From: Clostridia bacterium
Lineage (GTDB): Bacteria > Bacillota > Clostridia > Oscillospirales > CAG-272
Assembly (NCBI GenBank): GCA_017451915.1
Contig: JAFTNJ010000039.1
Location: 87,532-151,531, forward strand
Direction of reading: 5' to 3'
Length of the DNA stretch: 64,000 nt
Of the stretch, positions 47,331 through 57,298 are shown piece by piece. How positions within the stretch are numbered: position 1 is the first letter of the stretch; each line of letters opens with the position of its first letter. The notes below the pieces were generated by a model. That model searched no databases. It was not told where the DNA came from and was given only the letters and a program-made list of their open reading frames with translations. The translations under genes were made by a program, and so were the position numbers.

Positions 47331-48224
47331 TTATTCCTCTTCGGCAAAAAATCCTTCGCCACAAATGGTCTTCAGCAGGGCTTCCAGATCCTCGTCATCG
47401 CTGTAAGCCAGCTCCACAACCTTCTTTTTGTTGGTCTTGAGAATACGGACGCGGCGTCCCAGCACGGTTACGGCGCGGTGCTCCAGGTCCTTCATATAGG
47501 CCTTGCGCTGGGTAAGAGGCTCGTCCTCCTCGGCAACCTCCTCGGGCTCGTAGTTCATGAGGCGAATGGTACGTTCCACGTCGCGGACCGAAAGATCCTT
47601 TTCCACGATCTTTTGCGCCAAGGGAAGCATCTGCTCCTCGTTTTTCAGCCCCAGCAGAGCACGGGCGTGACCTGCGGAGAGGCTTCCGTTCTTCAAAAGC
47701 TCCAGAACCTCGTCGGGAAGCTCCAAAAGACGCAGAAGATTGGTGACAGTGGAACGGCTCTTGCCCACCTGACGGGCCACTTCCTCCTGGGTCAGGTCAA
47801 AGCGGTCGATCAAAGTCTTGTAAGCAAAGGCTTCTTCCACGGGATTGAGGTCTTCTCTTTGTACGTTCTCGATGACAGCCACCTGGGCGGTCTTGAGATC
47901 GTCACCGTCCAGAACAATGGCGGGGATCTCGCTCAGACCAGCCATTTTGGCGGCACGCCAGCGGCGCTCGCCGGCAATGATCTCATAAGAGCCCTGCAAC
48001 AAAGCGTTTTCCCGCACGATGATGGGCTGAAGCACACCAAATTGACCAATGGAATCGGCCAACTGCTCCAGGGACTCATGCCCAAAGGTCTTTCGAGGCT
48101 GATCGCTGCGAGGCTCCACGTCGGCCATACGGAGGGTAACAGCCGCGTTATTGCCCTTCCCTGCCGAAATCATGTTGTCATCCAGCAGATTCAAAAAATC
48201 TCTACCAATTCTCGGTTTTGCCAT
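47331..48224 (-). CDS. parB: chromosome partitioning protein ParB/Spo0J
   Basis: QPRKTF, GVLQPI, IIAGERRWRA, ENVQREDL, GKSRSTVTNLLRLL. Confidence 0.95.
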   Translation of the reverse strand: MAKPRIGRDFLNLLDDNMISAGKGNNAAVTLRMADVEPRSDQPRKTFGHESLEQLADSIGQFGVLQPIIVRENALLQGSYEIIAGERRWRAAKMAGLSEIPAIVLDGDDLKTAQVAVIENVQREDLNPVEEAFAYKTLIDRFDLTQEEVARQVGKSRSTVTNLLRLLELPDEVLELLKNGSLSAGHARALLGLKNEEQMLPLAQKIVEKDLSVRDVERTIRLMNYEPEEVAEEDEPLTQRKAYMKDLEHRAVTVLGRRVRILKTNKKKVVELAYSDDEDLEALLKTICGEGFFAEEE

Positions 48225-48237
48225 GGTAAAACCTCCT

Positions 48238-49005
48238 TTAGATACGCTCTGCCAGCTCTTTGGCCACGTTCATGTACTCCAGAGAGCCCTTGGAGCGTTT
48301 TTCGTGGTAGTACACGGGAGCACCAAAGCCGGGAGCCTCGGAGACCTTTACGTTTCTCGAAATGGTGGTTTCAAAGAGCTTGTCGGCATAATGCTTTTTC
48401 AGCTCGTTGATGACCTGCATAGAGAGGATCAAACGGCTGTTGTACATAGTGATCAGAATTCCGGTAACGTTCAGGGTCTTGTTGTAGTGCTGCTTGATGC
48501 GGCTGATGGTAAACATCAGCTGGGAAAGCCCCTCCAGCGCAAAAAATTCGCACTGCATGGGAATCACCACGCCGTCGCTGGCACTCAAAGCGTTTACCGT
48601 CATCATACCCAGAGAAGGAGGACAGTCGATAATGATGTAATCATAGGTCTCTCTCGCTTCCTCTAACTTCTTCTTTAAAACGTACTCCCCTTCTTCCTTT
48701 TCGCCCAGCTCATACTCGGCACGCGCCAGAGTGGTGTGGGTAGGAATGACGCTGAGATTGTCATAGCGCGTCTTCAGTGCCACCTGCGACACAGTCGCAT
48801 CGGTGGTCAGCAGATCCAACGTGGTCATTTTCAGGGATTTTTTCATTACCCCTACCCCACTGGTGGCATTGCCCTGGGGATCCAGATCAATGAGCAGTAC
48901 TTTATATCCCAAAACGCCAAGCGATGCGGCAATATTCACCGCCGAGGTGGTCTTGCCTACGCCGCCCTTTTGGTTTGCAAATGCAATAATTTTTCCCATT
49001 GGCAT
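48238..49005 (-). CDS. soj: ParA/Soj ATPase
   Basis: NQKGGVGKTT, DLDPQGNAT, IDCPPSLG, PMQCEFFALEG. Confidence 0.95.
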   Translation of the reverse strand: MPMGKIIAFANQKGGVGKTTSAVNIAASLGVLGYKVLLIDLDPQGNATSGVGVMKKSLKMTTLDLLTTDATVSQVALKTRYDNLSVIPTHTTLARAEYELGEKEEGEYVLKKKLEEARETYDYIIIDCPPSLGMMTVNALSASDGVVIPMQCEFFALEGLSQLMFTISRIKQHYNKTLNVTGILITMYNSRLILSMQVINELKKHYADKLFETTISRNVKVSEAPGFGAPVYYHEKRSKGSLEYMNVAKELAERI

Positions 49006-49105
49006 TGTATTTCCTTTCAAAAAAATCTTTTCCTTATTATATCACATCTTGCCAAAAAATTCAACAGATAATCGCAAGAAAATGTAAATTCACAATTATT
49101 TTTCA

Positions 49106-49194
49106 TGTTTCACGTGAAACATTCGCCGTTAAACAATAAAAAAGTTTCACGTGAAACATTCGCTTCTCTCGAAAAGAAGGTTTCACGTGAAACA
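49106..49194. promoter_or_regulatory. parS: three parS centromere sites
   Basis: TGTTTCACGTGAAACA (49106-49121, perfect), AGTTTCACGTGAAACA (49143-49158), GGTTTCACGTGAAACA (49179-49194). Confidence 0.92.
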
Positions 49195-49202
49195 TTCATG
49201 TT

Positions 49203-49925
49203 TTATAGCGGCTTTTTCAAGATGGTAGCATAGGCTCTCGGGTATTGCTTGGGGGTTGGCGAGATCTTTTCCACCTCCACCAGGCAACGGTCCTCACTTC
49301 CCTCTTCTAAGAGTAAAGGATCCGAAAATAGGACCGCCTTGCCACCCAGAATCCGAATGGCGTTTTGCGCTTCGGCCAATTCTTCTTCACCTTTGGCGCC
49401 CTTCATGGCCACCAGCTTTCCACCAAGACGAACATACGGCATACAAAGCTCGCACAATACATTCAAACGCGCCACCGCACGACTAACAACAACATCAAAC
49501 TCCCCAAGAGAGGCTCGGATCTTGCCATCTTCCGCCCGTCCAGCCACCCCTTTTAGGTTGGAAAGCCCCAAAAGCACGGCACTTTCGTTGAGGAAGCGGA
49601 TCTTTTTGTCGGTGCTGTCCAGAGCCACCAGGGTCAGATCGGGTCGCGCGATGGCCAAAGGAATCGACGGAAACCCGGGGCCGCACCCCAGATCCAGCAC
49701 TCGCGCGCTTTGCGGGATCCGAGCACTCACGGTCAAGGAATCCACAAAATGCTTGGTAACCACATCGGGTAGATTGCGAATTGCCGTGAGATTGGTGGTT
49801 TGATTGACCTGTAGCAAGTGGTTGGCAAAGCGCCAAAAGGTGTCCATTTGTCCATCGTTCAGGGGAGCAATTCCATTTTTCTCACAGGATCGCAGGAAAA
49901 AGGACTTAAATTGAGTAAATTCCAT
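49203..49925 (-). CDS. rsmG: 16S rRNA m7G527 methyltransferase
   Basis: NLTAI, KHFVDS, DLGCGPGFP, RAE, SRAVA, YPR. Confidence 0.93.
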   Translation of the reverse strand: MEFTQFKSFFLRSCEKNGIAPLNDGQMDTFWRFANHLLQVNQTTNLTAIRNLPDVVTKHFVDSLTVSARIPQSARVLDLGCGPGFPSIPLAIARPDLTLVALDSTDKKIRFLNESAVLLGLSNLKGVAGRAEDGKIRASLGEFDVVVSRAVARLNVLCELCMPYVRLGGKLVAMKGAKGEEELAEAQNAIRILGGKAVLFSDPLLLEEGSEDRCLVEVEKISPTPKQYPRAYATILKKPL

Positions 49926-49934
49926 GCAGAAACC

Positions 49935-51821
49935 TCATTTCATACCAAGATAAATCAACAGAACCGAAACGTCCGCGGGATTCACACCACTGATGCGAGA
50001 GGCCTGTCCCAGAGTCAAGGGACGGATTTGATTCAGCTTTTGTGCCGCCTCCAGACGCAATCCGCGAATCGACGAATAATCCAGATTCGCAGGAAGTTTC
50101 TTTTCCTCCAGCTTGCGGTGTCGTTCCACCTCGGAGAGCTGACGGTTGGCATAACCGGCGTATTTGATGTCGGTCTCCACGCTCAAGCGAACCAAATAAG
50201 GCAATTCGGGACGGTTGGGGTCGATTTGAGCCAACTGCTCATAGGTGACCGGGGGTCTGCGCAGCAGATCCGCAAGAGACGCTCCCGATTTGAGGGGTGT
50301 TTCGCCAATGGAGAGCAAAAAATCCTTGGCGTCGGCAGGGGATACGTGAGTGGATTCCAGGCGTTCCTTTTCGGCCTCCTGCACAGCCACTTTAGAACAA
50401 TAGGAAGCATAACGCCCCTCGCTGATCAGTCCCATCTCATAGCCAACCGGGGTCAGGCGGCGATCGGCGTTGTCCTGACGGAGCAACAACCGGTACTCCG
50501 AGCGCGAGGTCATCATGCGGTAGGGCTCGTTGGTTCCTTTGGTGACAAGATCGTCAATCAGGGTGCCAATATAGCTGCCGGAACGGGGAAGCAACAGAGG
50601 TTCCTTTCCAAGCACCCGTCGCGCGGCGTTGATACCAGCCACGAGCCCCTGGGCGGCGGCCTCCTCGTAGCCCGAGGTGCCGTTAAACTGTCCCGCGCCA
50701 AAGAGTCCCGCCACCGATTTGAACTCCAAGGAGGCGTCCATTTGGGTGGGATCGGCGCAATCGTACTCAATGGCATAGGCGTAGCGCATGATCTGGGCGT
50801 CGGCAAAGCCGGGAAGGGAGGCCAGCATCTGCTTTTGCACGTCGGTGGGCAGGGAAGTGGAAAAGCCTTGAATATACATCTCCTCGGTGTTCTCTCCCAC
50901 AGGCTCCACAAAGAGCTGGTGGCGTTCCTTATCGGCAAAACGAACCAATTTATCTTCAATGGAAGGGCAGTAGCGGGGACCGGTGCCGTGGATCTTGCCC
51001 GAATAGAGGGCACTTCGGGTGATATTCTCCCGAATGATCCGATGGGTCTCGGCGTTGGTATAAACAATGTGACAAGGGATTTGAGAAAGACCGTCAAACA
51101 GATCCTCCCCGTGGAGGGCGGAATAGGGAATCATCCGTTCCTCTCCGGGCTGCTCCTCCAGGCAGGAAAAATCAATAGTGGCGCGCTTGACACGCGCGGG
51201 GGTGCCGGTTTTGAAGCGAAGCAGACGGATCCCCGCCGCCTGCAGGGACGCAGAAAGCCCCTTGGCAGGCAACAGGCCGTCGGGCCCCGCCTCGTAGCTC
51301 ACGTCACCCACAAAAATAGCGCTTTCCAGGAAGGTTCCCGTGGCAAGCACCACGCAATCACATTCCCATTGCTCCTTCAAACGGGTGACCACGCCACGCA
51401 CGCGGCGAGGAGACCCCTCGTCCAAAAGGAGCTCGGTAACCTCTCCCTGGATCAATCTTAAATTGGAAGTTTTTTCCAGCACCTCTTTCATAAGAAGCTG
51501 GTATTTTCGGCGGTCGACCTGCACCCGCTTGCTTTGCACCGCGGCACCCTTGCCAAGGTTCAAGGTACGGGATTGCAGCGTCACCAAATCGGCCACGCGA
51601 CCCATCTCTCCGCCCAGGGCGTCGATTTCGTAAACCAGATGCCCCTTGGCGGTTCCGCCAATGGAGGGATTGCAGGGCAGATTGGCCACGGCGTCCAAAG
51701 AGAGGGTAAAGAGGACGGTGTCCACTCCCAGTCTGGCCGATGCCAAAGCTGCTTCGATCCCCGCGTGTCCCGCGCCGATCACAATCACCTGCGCGCGGCA
51801 GGCGTTATTGGAAACTGACAT
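49935..51821 (-). CDS. mnmG: tRNA uridine-5-carboxymethylaminomethyl modification enzyme GidA
   Basis: GAGHAG, CNPSIGG, FKTGTP, GPRYCPSIEDK, NGTSGYEEA, YRMMTSRSEYR. Confidence 0.97.
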   Translation of the reverse strand: MSVSNNACRAQVIVIGAGHAGIEAALASARLGVDTVLFTLSLDAVANLPCNPSIGGTAKGHLVYEIDALGGEMGRVADLVTLQSRTLNLGKGAAVQSKRVQVDRRKYQLLMKEVLEKTSNLRLIQGEVTELLLDEGSPRRVRGVVTRLKEQWECDCVVLATGTFLESAIFVGDVSYEAGPDGLLPAKGLSASLQAAGIRLLRFKTGTPARVKRATIDFSCLEEQPGEERMIPYSALHGEDLFDGLSQIPCHIVYTNAETHRIIRENITRSALYSGKIHGTGPRYCPSIEDKLVRFADKERHQLFVEPVGENTEEMYIQGFSTSLPTDVQKQMLASLPGFADAQIMRYAYAIEYDCADPTQMDASLEFKSVAGLFGAGQFNGTSGYEEAAAQGLVAGINAARRVLGKEPLLLPRSGSYIGTLIDDLVTKGTNEPYRMMTSRSEYRLLLRQDNADRRLTPVGYEMGLISEGRYASYCSKVAVQEAEKERLESTHVSPADAKDFLLSIGETPLKSGASLADLLRRPPVTYEQLAQIDPNRPELPYLVRLSVETDIKYAGYANRQLSEVERHRKLEEKKLPANLDYSSIRGLRLEAAQKLNQIRPLTLGQASRISGVNPADVSVLLIYLGMK

Positions 51822-51848
51822 AGATTCTCCTCGTAAGTCTTGTTAAAC

Positions 51849-51862
51849 AAGACAAATATTGC
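51849..51862. promoter_or_regulatory. 14-bp motif AAGACAAATATTGC upstream of mnmG
   Basis: Identical copies at 53122 and 57312; 17-bp identity with the alr copy. Confidence 0.6.
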
Positions 51863-51864
51863 TA

Positions 51865-53106
51865 TTATTCCACCCGAACCAAATATTCCTTCTGGGCCTC
51901 GGTGAGCACGTCCAAAGTCACGCCCATGGACGCCAGCTTGATCTCGGCCACAGCGCGGTCGATCTCGGCGGGCACGGCGTAGACCTTCTTTTCCAGGCGT
52001 CCCGCGTTCTTGGCCAAAAACTCCAGGCTCTTGGCCTGAATACCAAAGGACATATCCATGATCTCGGCGGGGTGCCCGTTGCCGGCGGCCAGATTGACCA
52101 GACGTCCCTCGGCCAAAAGATTCAGGATGCGTCCGTCGGACATCTCATAGCCGTGAATGTTGGGCTTGCGCTCCCAATCGCGCACCGAAAGGGAGAGGAG
52201 ATCTTCCTTATTGATCTCCACGTCAAAGTGACCGCTGTTGGCCAGCAGAACGCCATCCTTCATGCTCTCAAAATGACGGCGGATGATGACGTCGGAGCAG
52301 CCGGTCAGGGTGATGAACAGGTCACCGATCTTGGCGGCCTCGTCCATGGGCATCACGCGAAAACCGTCCATCACAGCCTCAATGGCCTTGACGGGGTCGA
52401 TCTCGGTGACCACCACCACGGCTCCCATGCCCTTGGCGCGCATGGCAACGCCCTTGCCGCACCAGCCGTAGCCGGCAACCACCACCGTCTTGCCCGCAAG
52501 GATCAGATTGGTGGAGTTCATAATGCCGTCCAGGGTGGATTGCCCCGTGCCGTAGCGGTTGTCAAACAGATGCTTGCAATCGGCATCGTTGACGTCGATC
52601 ATGGTGTAATCCAAAAGGCCCGCCCGCTCTCTTGCCAGCAGACGGTGAATGCCCGTGGTGGTCTCCTCACAGCCGCCAATCAGGTTCTTGCCAAAGTCGC
52701 GGCATTCTCCGTGGAGCAGGGAGATCAGGTCGCCGCCGTCATCGATCATCAGGTCGGGACAGCAGGAAAGGGTCATCTTGAGGTGCTCGGTATATTCCTC
52801 GTCGCTCACACCGTGGCGGGCAAAGACCGAAAAGCCCTCGGCCGCCAGAGCCGCGGCAACGTCGTCCTGGGTCGAGAGGGGATTGCATCCCGTTACAAAG
52901 ACCTCGGCACCGCCGGCGCGAAGCACCTTGGCAAGAAAGGCGGTCTTGGCCTCCAGGTGGATCGACATGGCGATCTTCAGGCCGCGGAAGGGTTGGGTGG
53001 CTTCAAATTCCTTTTTGATGGAATTGAGAATGGGGGTGTAGGATTGCACCCAGGCAATTTTATCGGCACCCGAGGGCGCAAGCGTAATATCCTTGATTTG
53101 GCTCAT
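51865..53106 (-). CDS. ahcY: adenosylhomocysteinase (SAH hydrolase)
   Basis: HLEAKTA, CNPLSTQD, DDGGD, EETTTG, KHLFDNRYGTGQS, GYGWCGKG, GHPAEIMDMSF. Confidence 0.95.
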   Translation of the reverse strand: MSQIKDITLAPSGADKIAWVQSYTPILNSIKKEFEATQPFRGLKIAMSIHLEAKTAFLAKVLRAGGAEVFVTGCNPLSTQDDVAAALAAEGFSVFARHGVSDEEYTEHLKMTLSCCPDLMIDDGGDLISLLHGECRDFGKNLIGGCEETTTGIHRLLARERAGLLDYTMIDVNDADCKHLFDNRYGTGQSTLDGIMNSTNLILAGKTVVVAGYGWCGKGVAMRAKGMGAVVVVTEIDPVKAIEAVMDGFRVMPMDEAAKIGDLFITLTGCSDVIIRRHFESMKDGVLLANSGHFDVEINKEDLLSLSVRDWERKPNIHGYEMSDGRILNLLAEGRLVNLAAGNGHPAEIMDMSFGIQAKSLEFLAKNAGRLEKKVYAVPAEIDRAVAEIKLASMGVTLDVLTEAQKEYLVRVE

Positions 53107-53121
53107 ACAGAACTCCTTTTT

Positions 53122-53135
53122 AAGACAAATATTGC
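53122..53135. promoter_or_regulatory. 14-bp motif AAGACAAATATTGC upstream of ahcY
   Basis: Next to the RBS; degenerate second copy at +21 bp (53143). Confidence 0.6.
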
Positions 53136-53150
53136 GATTTTAAAAACAAA

Positions 53151-53981
53151 TTATTTTTGATTCCGCAAATCGTTTTTGCGGTATTCGGTGGGGGGAACGC
53201 CGATCTGCTTGATAAAGGCGCGGTTAAAGGTACGCAGAGTATTAAAGCCCACCTTTTCGCTGATGTCGGTGATCGATTGATCGGTGTTGAGAAGATAGCG
53301 GCAGGCCTCCGAGACCCGCAGGGAATTGATGTAGTCGTTAAAGCGCAGTCCCAGCTTTCCGCTGAACAAATGGGAGATGTAGTACTTGTTCAGGTGCAAC
53401 CGCTCCTCCAAAAGGGAGAGGGAGAGATTCTCGGTAAAATTCTGGGTGCAGAAGGAAACGATGGCCCGCAGGGCGTTGGAATCCCCCAGATGCAGGCGGG
53501 ATAGGGGCATACGGGAGAGCAGCTCCGAAAAGAGCGCCAGCAAATACCCCTGGCGCATACTGGCACCAAAGGGCTCGTTCTCCCGCTCGCAGGCCGAATA
53601 GAGGGCCTCCACGGTCTGTCGGATCCGCGGATCGTTGACCGCGCCCTTGATCACGGGGGAGTGGGGAATTCCCAGCTGGAAGAAATCCAGCAGCTCGGGC
53701 ATCAGCTCGGGATTTACAATAAACAGGTAGTAGTCCTCGGGTCCAAAGGACTCGTAGGAATGGATCTGGTTGGGAAAGGCAACGAACACGTCCCCCGGCT
53801 CCAGCTCACAGCGCTGGGAGTCGGCGTAGGCCACGGCGCGTCCCTCAAAAAAGCAGACCAGCTCGATCTCCCGATGCAGGTGGGGAGAGCAGCGCAGGTA
53901 GGTTTTTTTGTTGTTGTGATTAAAGTTGCGAAAGGCCAGGTCGGTGGTTCGTTTTTCGTATAGGAAGGGGGCTTGTGACAT
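53151..53981 (-). CDS. AraC family transcriptional regulator
   Basis: PHLHREIE cupin; LNKYYISHLF, ITDISEKVGFNTLRTFNRAF. Confidence 0.9.
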   Translation of the reverse strand: MSQAPFLYEKRTTDLAFRNFNHNNKKTYLRCSPHLHREIELVCFFEGRAVAYADSQRCELEPGDVFVAFPNQIHSYESFGPEDYYLFIVNPELMPELLDFFQLGIPHSPVIKGAVNDPRIRQTVEALYSACERENEPFGASMRQGYLLALFSELLSRMPLSRLHLGDSNALRAIVSFCTQNFTENLSLSLLEERLHLNKYYISHLFSGKLGLRFNDYINSLRVSEACRYLLNTDQSITDISEKVGFNTLRTFNRAFIKQIGVPPTEYRKNDLRNQK

Positions 53982-53991
53982 AGATACCTCC

Positions 53992-56016
53992 TTATTTGCG
54001 GTAGCGGGAAGCTCTTGCGCGGCGACGCTTGCGGGAAAGACTCAAAAAATAAATGGAAAGGGTCAGAGCCAGCCCCAGCAATAGTCCTCCGCCAATGATG
54101 GGAAGATAGAGGGTGGCAATGGGATCGGCATCGGGATAGCGAACATCCACGCCGTCCAGCCACAAGAGGTAGTGGCTTCCTTCCTCCTCCTCGGAGGCCG
54201 TCAAAAGGGTCAGGGTACAGGGCTGGGAGAGGTCGGCCTCGGCGGCAAAGCTGCCAACGTAAAAGGTAGCAATCTGCCAGCTGCCGTTTTTCACCTCGGT
54301 GGTGGCACGCCAGGTCAGGCGGGTACCGCTCTTGGTCACGCCCTCCAGCTCCAGAGTCACCCGGGAGGTGGGAGCCGTACAGTTTTGCAAAAGCAGACGG
54401 GTAGAGATCGAAAAGGCATCCTCAAAATCGCGGCCATTCTCCAGGAACTTCCGCACGCCCTGGGCCTCTCCCGCGCCGCTCACCAGCCAGGTGTAGAGAA
54501 CGGGACGTCCCATGGATACCGATTCGCGGCACTCGGGGGCACTCCAGCCACCCACCGCAAAAAAGCCAAGAGGATCGTTCTTGGAAAAATCAAAGAGCAG
54601 GGAGTTCTCCAAGCCGTCGCCGCCGCCCGTGGCCGAGCCACTCATTTCCCGGCGGGAAGGAAGGGGAGCCAAGGCAGAAAAGGCACCGTCCGAAAGACGG
54701 TCACACAGGGCGATCTCCTCGGTGGAAAGAGCCAGATCCTGGGCGCGGAAGACCGACGCCGCCCGACGTTCCTCGCCCCGATCGTTCAAAAGGCCGTAAA
54801 CGTCGTCCCATTGGGAACCGTAAAAGACGCTATGCGCCCCGTTGGCCAGAGCCAAGCGGTAGGTGTAGGCCACCGCGGCAGCCTGCTTCTCCTCGTCCAC
54901 CGCCGCAAAGCGCAGTCCGCAAACCGTCAGGCGGGCGGGCTTGTTCTTCAGCTCATTCCCCGCGAGGAAGGAGAGGACTTGGGGAAGCTTGTCCGCCGTC
55001 ATGCGGTCGTCCTCCACCGCCGTCCAGGGGTCGGAGGAGGGCAGAGGGGAGACCCCCGCACACCACTCGGGAGCACCGCCCACCGAAAGGGCTTGATGAA
55101 GATTGGTAAAAAAGGAAAGGGTATCGGTCAGGCTTTCCAAAGCCGACACCGCATAGACCCGTGCCCCGGAGTAGCGGGAGCGCAGGGCAAGACTTGCCAA
55201 ACGGAGGGCGGTCGCCATATCCGTGGCGGTACAGCTTCCGTCGGTGGTCAGCATCCAGGCCGTCACGCGGCCAAAGGAGGAGCCCTTGACGTAGCGACCG
55301 CCCAAATGGTCCATCAGGGCCGCCAGGGCGTCAAAGGAGGGGAGGGTATCAAACACCAGCTCCACCGAAACCGTCATACCTGCCTGATTGGATTCGGTCA
55401 CCAAACGGTCCAGGGAGGAAAGATGCGCCGCCGAGTAGTGGTATTCGGCTTGTCCAAAGGACAGGACGTCTCCGCCGCCGAACAGCTCGGAAAGACGCAC
55501 CGAAAGCAGGGCGTGGGTGGTTTCCAGAGCGGCGGCCGAGGCGGGATCGGTCACCGTCAAGCCCTTATGGGAGCCAAAATAGGGATAGCGCGCCGTATCG
55601 GTGGCCAGAGCCTCGGGGTTGCTCACCCAAACGGGAGCGGACGAGAGAAGGGTGCCGTCGGAGAAGGCCGCTACAAAGGAGGAATAGAGACGGGTCACGC
55701 CGTTCTCCTCCAGGGGAATGCGGAACTGCAGGGAGGCACGCACCTTTTTTTGCGCCACGGGGGTCTTGTTGGAGAGTGCCGAAAGATCCTCTCCCGGCAA
55801 CAGCTCGTAAAGACAGAGCTTCTGTCCCCGATGCTCCTCCAGCAGGTGACTGTTCATGGTCACCGGGATCTCCAGCTTGCCGCGCCCGGTCAGAGTCACC
55901 GAGCGGATGCCGTTGGAGGTCAGGGGATTTCCTCCCCCGGCGCAGGAGGCAAGGGAAGGGATCAAAAGCAAAAGGCAGAGGACTAAGGCAAGCCCCGCCG
56001 TAAAAATTCGTTTCAT
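53992..56016 (-). CDS. lipoprotein with DUF5722-like domain and C-terminal TM anchor
   Basis: Lipobox LASC; SNPEALA...KGL, QAAAVAYTY resemble DUF5722 as recalled; C-terminal TM followed by RKRRR. Confidence 0.55.
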   Translation of the reverse strand: MKRIFTAGLALVLCLLLLIPSLASCAGGGNPLTSNGIRSVTLTGRGKLEIPVTMNSHLLEEHRGQKLCLYELLPGEDLSALSNKTPVAQKKVRASLQFRIPLEENGVTRLYSSFVAAFSDGTLLSSAPVWVSNPEALATDTARYPYFGSHKGLTVTDPASAAALETTHALLSVRLSELFGGGDVLSFGQAEYHYSAAHLSSLDRLVTESNQAGMTVSVELVFDTLPSFDALAALMDHLGGRYVKGSSFGRVTAWMLTTDGSCTATDMATALRLASLALRSRYSGARVYAVSALESLTDTLSFFTNLHQALSVGGAPEWCAGVSPLPSSDPWTAVEDDRMTADKLPQVLSFLAGNELKNKPARLTVCGLRFAAVDEEKQAAAVAYTYRLALANGAHSVFYGSQWDDVYGLLNDRGEERRAASVFRAQDLALSTEEIALCDRLSDGAFSALAPLPSRREMSGSATGGGDGLENSLLFDFSKNDPLGFFAVGGWSAPECRESVSMGRPVLYTWLVSGAGEAQGVRKFLENGRDFEDAFSISTRLLLQNCTAPTSRVTLELEGVTKSGTRLTWRATTEVKNGSWQIATFYVGSFAAEADLSQPCTLTLLTASEEEEGSHYLLWLDGVDVRYPDADPIATLYLPIIGGGLLLGLALTLSIYFLSLSRKRRRARASRYRK

Positions 56017-56019
56017 GGG

Positions 56020-57249
56020 TTACTCCTTCTTGGTATTCTCCCGAGGGGAGGAATCGGTATAAATTCTGGGAACGCGGGGGGAGATGCCGCAGAGCAGCTC
56101 GTGGTCAATGCTCCCCGCCATGTGGGAAAGAGCGGTCAGCTCGGCGGGGTCGGTTCCAAACACCGTCACCTCATCGCCGCAGGCCACGTCCAGGCCGGTG
56201 ACGTCCAGCATACATTGATCCATACAGATCCGTCCCACCACCGTCGCCTTTTTGGGACCGCTTTTGGTGTGCAGGGTCACCCGGGCACCGGTGCAGGCGC
56301 GGGGAAGTCCGTCGGCATAGCCCAGGGGAAGGGTGGCCAGCCGCCGCTTCTCCTTTGCCACGTATTCCCCGCCGTAGCCCACCGATTCCCCGGGGAGCAG
56401 ATCGTGGAGATGCGCCACTACGGTCTTGAGCTTCATCACCGAGCGCAGCGGAACCACGGGATCCTCCAAAGCGGGGGCTCCAAAGAGCAGAATGCCCACC
56501 CGCGCCGCGTCCATGTGATCCTCGGGGCGGTAAAGGGCGGCCGCGCTGTTGCAGGCGTGATAGAGGGGGATCGAAAGGCCCTCGGCTTCCAGATGCTGTC
56601 GCAGAGCGCGAAAGCGTTGCATTTGCAGGTCGGTCATTTGCTTTGCCGCGGGAATCCCCACCTCGTCGGCACGGGCAAAATGGGTGTAAACGCCGTCGAT
56701 CCGCAGGCGGGGCGAGGCCAACAAAGGGCGCAAAGACGCGGCCGCCGCGGCGTATTCCTCGGGGTTCCGTGCCGCAAAGCCAATGCGGTTCATTCCCGTA
56801 TTCACCGCCACCTGAACCGAAAGGCAAAGATCGCGGGCCTCCGCTTCTGCCAAAAGAGCCTCGGCGTAAGCGGGAGAAAGAAGGGTCTGGGTCAGACCGT
56901 GCGCGGCCAAAAGGGAAGCGCAGGCGGGATCGGTATAGCCAAGGATCAGGATCGCGGCGTCGGATGCCTCCGCCCGACAGATCTCCCGTACCGCCACGCC
57001 CTCCTCCAGGGAGGCCACCGCAAAGGCGTCACAGCCCTCCGCCAGCAAGGTCTTTACGCAAAGGGGATAGCCGTGTCCGTAGGCCTCGGCCTTCACCACG
57101 GCAATCAGCCGGGCGTGGGGGGAGGAACGGTGGATCTGCGCCAGCAGGCAACGGTAATTGTGCCGCAGGGCGTCCAGGTCGATCTCGGCCCAGGTGCGCC
57201 GTCCCTGACGTGCGGGAACAGCGGAAAACAGTTGATAAATAGACTCCAT
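56020..57249 (-). CDS. alr: alanine racemase
   Basis: AVVKAEAYGHG (PLP Lys), NTGMNRIG, THFARAD, VGYG, GRICMDQ. Confidence 0.93.
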   Translation of the reverse strand: MESIYQLFSAVPARQGRRTWAEIDLDALRHNYRCLLAQIHRSSPHARLIAVVKAEAYGHGYPLCVKTLLAEGCDAFAVASLEEGVAVREICRAEASDAAILILGYTDPACASLLAAHGLTQTLLSPAYAEALLAEAEARDLCLSVQVAVNTGMNRIGFAARNPEEYAAAAASLRPLLASPRLRIDGVYTHFARADEVGIPAAKQMTDLQMQRFRALRQHLEAEGLSIPLYHACNSAAALYRPEDHMDAARVGILLFGAPALEDPVVPLRSVMKLKTVVAHLHDLLPGESVGYGGEYVAKEKRRLATLPLGYADGLPRACTGARVTLHTKSGPKKATVVGRICMDQCMLDVTGLDVACGDEVTVFGTDPAELTALSHMAGSIDHELLCGISPRVPRIYTDSSPRENTKKE

Positions 57250-57298
57250 GCGGCTCCTCCTTTGCTCTTGGATCTTGGGGAAAACATACTCTTTTACC

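Noticed and set aside
49106-49197. Three regularly spaced repeats resembling a mini-CRISPR
   Set aside because: They match the 16-bp parS palindrome next to parAB; spacers are too short and there are no cas genes
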